A stretch of 32,000 nt of DNA from assembly GCF_000014265.1 (NCBI RefSeq), contig NC_008312.1:840001-872000 (forward strand). The letters run 5' to 3'. This document shows positions 28,419 through 32,000 of this stretch, piece after piece. Within the stretch, counting starts at the first letter, position 1. Each line of letters begins with the position of its first letter. Source of the stretch: Trichodesmium erythraeum IMS101 (lineage in GTDB: Bacteria > Cyanobacteriota > Cyanobacteriia > Cyanobacteriales > Microcoleaceae). The translations under genes and the position numbers were made by a program. Under the pieces are notes generated by a model, which saw nothing but the letters and a program-made list of their open reading frames with translations, was not told where the DNA came from and made no database searches.

Positions 28419-28990
28419 CTATACGATCCGCCCGCTAGTTCGCTGGCGCCTACGACTTGCTTTCATCCGTGCGGATCCATCATTGAGGTTTATTGTCAGC
28501 AGTCGCCATGTTATGTTGTAGGCGCTTACTTCGAAGCCGAACTGTTTTAATACTTCGAGAGGTAAACCATCTTTTAATTTGACAACAGAATATGGAGGTC
28601 TTGGGTCCCTCTGTTCTGTATCCCTTGCGATAATTATTCGATTGTTTCCTTCCTTCTCCATGATCGCGCTGACATAATACTGCCATACGCGTACTTCGGG
28701 ACTTGACATAATAACATCAGGATCATCAAGACCCTCGGTCTCTTTAAGCGTACGTATCCCATCTACTCTATATCATCTACACCTATAGCACCCCGAGAAC
28801 GTTTGCCCATGATATCCAGACATAAATTCCGAGTCAGGGTCGTCAACCAAGCTGACAAATTAGCGATTTTCCCAGCGAACTTCCGCACCTTATCCCATGC
28901 CTTCACCATGGCCTCACTTAGAGCATCCTCCGCATCTGCCTGGTTAAAGTTCATATACTTCAGACAGCAGCAATTTCATCGAAATCCTCA
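28419..28990 (-). pseudogene. ECF-type sigma-70 family sigma factor, frameshifted and 5'-truncated
   Basis: Region 2 is clear (DAEDALSEAMVKAWDKVRKFAGKIANLSAWLTTLTRNLCLDI). Its frame stops at TAG 28763, and another frame opens within about 10 nt and runs to 28419. That second frame carries a weak region-4-like HTH (VVKLKDGLPLEVLKQFGFEVSAYNITWRL). A further frame change occurs near 28955. No start codon context is visible. Confidence 0.6.
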
Positions 28991-29003
28991 TGCGCTATAG
29001 TAT

Positions 29004-29357
29004 AGTGTCTTTGCCTAAGTCCTGTATATATTGCGGTGCTGCGTAAGTCCTAATATTTTTATTAATAGTTACTAAATCTATAGAAAAATATTCCTTGACC
29101 TAGTTTTAATTAAGGCTCACCATTACGGGGTGAACTACAACACCCATTATCCCATTGCTAAAAGCGTTTGGGATTGCTTTTCGTAATATGTTTAAACTTC
29201 CATTGACATCAGCATTGTATTTGAGACCATTTGAAGCTTTATAAAGTCTTCTTCTCACTCGTTTACCACTAAATCTATATTTGACACGTTTTTGATCAAC
29301 TTGTAGATCGTCCAAGTCTAAAAAACTAGCAATTGAAGACCCACTAATTTGACTTGC
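29004..29357 (-). mobile_element. 3' remnant of an IS200/IS605-family element (TnpB C-terminus plus right-end region)
   Basis: Contains the TnpB fragment described in the next entry plus about 100 nt downstream, with a duplicated aggacttaNgca motif. It is bounded upstream by an STRR tract and downstream by the truncated sigma gene. Confidence 0.65.
29106..29357 (-). pseudogene. TnpB (IS605 OrfB-type RNA-guided endonuclease) C-terminal fragment
   Basis: SIASFLDLDDLQVDQKRVKYRFSGKRVRRRLYKASNGLKYNADVNGSLNILRKAIPNAFSNGIMGVVVHPV. It includes the last RuvC motif (NADVNGS.NI). The N-terminal four fifths or so of a normal TnpB is missing. Confidence 0.75.
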
Positions 29358-29363
29358 CCTACT

Positions 29364-29417
29364 GGGGAGTAAGGGAGTAAGGGAGTAAGGGAGTAAGGGA
29401 GTAGGTTAGTAGGGGAG
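29364..29417. repeat. STRR tract (octamer GGGAGTAA x4, then degenerate)
   Basis: The sequence reads ggggagtaagggagtaagggagtaagggagtaagggagtaggttagtaggggag directly. A related gggagtaggggagtagg lies at about 5448-5466. Confidence 0.85.
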
Positions 29418-29670
29418 ATGATATGAATGGATGTTGAAAAAGAACAGACATTAAAAAACGGGTTGACTATAAAAGTGGATTAGAACTCTTTTTTTGGCCA
29501 CATATAGATGCCATATAGCCAATTATTCAGTAATTAGTGAGGTAAAAAGCTCGGCCAATAAATCAACAAGTTTATAAATGTCCTATTTCTTAATGAATTA
29601 AGACTCCTTCATCTTAGTAAAAAAATTTACTATAAACAAAGTAAGAAATGGAAAGAATTATATAGATGAA

Positions 29671-29743
<73 letters not shown>

Positions 29744-29938
29744 TTTTTTTCACTTTTATTATAGTAGCAGACTAGATATAATTTTGACAAGTATTTGAGA
29801 TTTTTTTTTTATTATTAGCTGTAATACATACTATATAATAATCTTAGCTTAATTTGCATAATTGTTATAAGCCAAAAGTCAAAAATAAAAAGTTAAAAGT
29901 CAAAAGTAAGAATTAAAGTAATGAGATGACCAGAAGTA

Positions 29939-29985
29939 CTGATAACTAATAATTAATCACTGATAACTGATAATTGATAACTGAA
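29939..29985. repeat. STRR tract (CTGATAA heptamer family) immediately upstream of the MBOAT gene
   Basis: The sequence reads ctgataactaataattaatcactgataactgataattgataactgaaat. Similar actgataactgaaat occurs at about 28217-28231. Confidence 0.7.
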
Positions 29986-31497
29986 ATGACTTTTATCTCC
30001 TTTAACTATGCTCTATTTTTATTAATAGTATTAGGAATCTACTGGTCAATGCCACGACAGTCTTGGCGAGTATTTATCCTCTTAATTGCCAGTTTAATTT
30101 TCTACGCTACAATTCAACCCCAATATATTCCGCTGCTATTCATAATTACCCTATTAAATTTTTACCTCGCTCAAGCTATTGGGGAACCCAAAGACTGGCG
30201 CATTGCCAATACAAAATGGAACCGAGGTCGCTTACTATTATTGTGGTTAGGTATAGTTTCTAATATCTTACTTTTATTAAGCTTTAAATATATACCTTTT
30301 ATACTTAATAGCATTGGCATTTTTTACAATCAACCTTTGATGTTAGAAACTGCATTTTCCGTTAAAAATAATTTGATAGCTCCTTTAGGACTAAGTTTTT
30401 TTTGTTTTGAATGTCTAGCTTATTTAATTGATATTTATCGAGGTGCCCCTGCCGCTACTTCTTTACTAGAATTTACATCTTATAAATTATTTTTTCCCAA
30501 ACTAATTTCTGGTCCAATTACTCGCTATCATTATCTACAAAATCAGCTAGGAATGACTAGCAAAAAAGATAGTCAAGTTTCAGTTAAAATACCAGCCTTA
30601 AAATTCCCAAGTTTAGAACAAATAACCGAAGGAATTTGGTTAATTGCAACTGGGGCAGTAAAAAAAGCTTTAATAGCTGATAATTTAGGAATTTTTGTAG
30701 AGCTCAGTTTTAGTAATTTGCAAAGAGCAGGAAGTGGTGATTTGTGGTTAGCAACTGTTGCCTATGGATTACAACTTTATCTAGACTTTACTGCTTATGT
30801 TGATATAGCTCGTGGCACTGCTTTCTTAATGGGTTTAAGTTTGCCACAAAATTTTGATTTTCCTTATTTTAGTACAAGTATTTCCGAATTTTGGCGCCGG
30901 TGGCATACGACTTTAGGAAATTGGTTGAGAAATTATTTGTATTTTCCCTTAGGAGGTTCCAGGGTAGGGTTATTTCGTACTTGTTTAAATTTGTTAATTT
31001 TGATGTTAATTGCTGGTATTTGGCATGGTGCTAGTTGGGGTTTTATTGTTTGGGGTATTTTACATGGTTTAGCATTAGTAATTCATCGTTTAGTAGAGGC
31101 AATTTCTAAAAAAATTAATGCCGAGAAAATCTGGGAAAGTTGGTTAGGAATTTTGGTGAGTTGGTTGTTAACTCAGAGTATGGTTTTTGGGGGTTGGATA
31201 TTTTTTAGATTACCAAATCTGAGAGATTCTATGTGGGTAATTTATCATTGGTGGGGTTATGATGCAGATGTTCAATTTGTGGATAAAGTTTATCTGGAAG
31301 CAATGGGTTTAGAAAGGTTACAGTTGGTGTGGTTAATTGGTGGGGTTGTGATGGTTATGGCGATTAATTATTGGTTTCATTGGGGTTTAAAATTACAGTT
31401 AAATTGGCAGTTAAAAGTTTTATTAGTACCTGTATTTTTCTTTTTTGTTTGGTTATTGGCGCCAGAAGGTTTGCCTTATATTTATTTTGATTTTTGA
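29986..31497 (+). CDS. MBOAT family O-acyltransferase (AlgI/DltB-like)
   Basis: A polytopic membrane protein with the family signature FWRRWHTTLGNWLRNYLYFPLGGSR and the conserved His in IWHGASW. The track start is TTG at 29974; I prefer the ATG at 29986. Confidence 0.92.
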   Translation: MTFISFNYALFLLIVLGIYWSMPRQSWRVFILLIASLIFYATIQPQYIPLLFIITLLNFYLAQAIGEPKDWRIANTKWNRGRLLLLWLGIVSNILLLLSFKYIPFILNSIGIFYNQPLMLETAFSVKNNLIAPLGLSFFCFECLAYLIDIYRGAPAATSLLEFTSYKLFFPKLISGPITRYHYLQNQLGMTSKKDSQVSVKIPALKFPSLEQITEGIWLIATGAVKKALIADNLGIFVELSFSNLQRAGSGDLWLATVAYGLQLYLDFTAYVDIARGTAFLMGLSLPQNFDFPYFSTSISEFWRRWHTTLGNWLRNYLYFPLGGSRVGLFRTCLNLLILMLIAGIWHGASWGFIVWGILHGLALVIHRLVEAISKKINAEKIWESWLGILVSWLLTQSMVFGGWIFFRLPNLRDSMWVIYHWWGYDADVQFVDKVYLEAMGLERLQLVWLIGGVVMVMAINYWFHWGLKLQLNWQLKVLLVPVFFFFVWLLAPEGLPYIYFDF

Positions 31498-31791
31498 CTA
31501 TTTTGATATGATTAATTTTGTGAAATAGCTAATCAAAATAAATCAAAAAAAAAGGGAAAAAGAACAACAAAGAAGAAAGGCAAATACTAATTTTTTCTTG
31601 TTGATTAAATATAAAAGTTATCACTCATATTGGTCTGAGGCTTTTTTTCATGACTTAAGTACTTAGTTTTCAGTCATTCAAGCTGAAAAAGTTAGTATTT
31701 TGGGAACTCCCATAAAGAAAAATAAAAGGAAAAAGACATCCGAGTTCTCCTCCTGGTAGGGCTTACCGGAGAGTATATTTCTTGTTCTTCT

Positions 31792-31819
31792 GTAGGGAGG
31801 TTATATGCAACGTTCCTAG
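31792..31819. repeat. 28-nt degenerate palindromic dispersed repeat (same family as 12139-12166)
   Basis: gtagggaggttatatgcaacgttcctag is 24/28 identical to the copy at 12139-12166. Confidence 0.65.
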
Positions 31820-32000
31820 CTATTCTATTCTTGGAATGAAGTAGGGAATGTGAGATGTAATATTAGATAGAAATTCCCACACTGGTGAAATAAAAATTTT
31901 TTTTTGTTTTAGTATACACTCTGGATGATAAATTACTTTAGATAACCAATTTTAAAGCTCAGAACTAGTTAATTTAATATCTGCTTCAGACCAAGCTTTT

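Noticed and set aside
28480-29000. ORFs 28480-28686 (minus) and 28803-29000 (plus)
   Set aside because: They are alternative-frame or antisense overlaps of the sigma factor pseudogene, and their composition is basic and low-complexity.
29364-29417. Possible CRISPR array among the tandem repeats
   Set aside because: The repeat units are 7-8 nt and contiguous, with no spacers. No 25-40-nt repeats or cas genes occur anywhere in the window.
29758-29790. Promoter for tRNA-Phe (TATAAT at 29758-29763, TTGTCA at 29785-29790, minus strand)
   Set aside because: The -10 hexamer is perfect and well placed, about 14 nt upstream of the tRNA 5' end. The -35-like hexamer is 21 nt away, too far for a canonical promoter. 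Only the -10 is plausible, and such hexamers are common in this AT-rich DNA.

Overview
This is an AT-rich chromosomal segment; hand counts give about 20% G+C in spacers and about 33% in genes. It looks like a filamentous, heterocyst-forming (Nostocales-type) cyanobacterium. Evidence for that: 9 perfect HIP1 octamers (GCGATCGC), at least 6 tracts of 7-8-nt STRR tandem repeats, and a FraH-like gene next to pgl. Recognisable intact genes are a solitary cytosine-5 DNA methyltransferase, a PRC-barrel protein, two FHA-domain proteins (one FraH-like), pgl, an LptF/LptG-family permease, clpB, a HAMP histidine kinase, polA, tRNA-Phe(GAA) and an MBOAT O-acyltransferase. There are also three proteins of unknown function: a membrane-anchored N/S/P/Q-rich protein, a 601-aa polytopic membrane protein and a small secreted Cys-containing protein. 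The rest is decay and mobile DNA. A degraded IS1-family element is split by an IS630-family insertion. A head-to-tail array of Rpn/PD-(D/E)XK nuclease pseudogenes follows polA. A G+C-rich patch next to tRNA-Phe holds a frameshifted ECF sigma factor gene and a TnpB (IS200/IS605-family) 3' remnant. Intact CDS cover only about 55% of the window, and there are several ORF-free spacers of 0.7-1.3 kb. I found no rRNA and no CRISPR array. I could not support any complete, obviously novel multi-gene system. The loci most worth a second look are the Rpn tandem array with its single TGA split, the G+C-rich degenerate patch beside tRNA-Phe, the reused IS605-type end sequence, and the orphan methyltransferase in a HIP1-saturated sequence.
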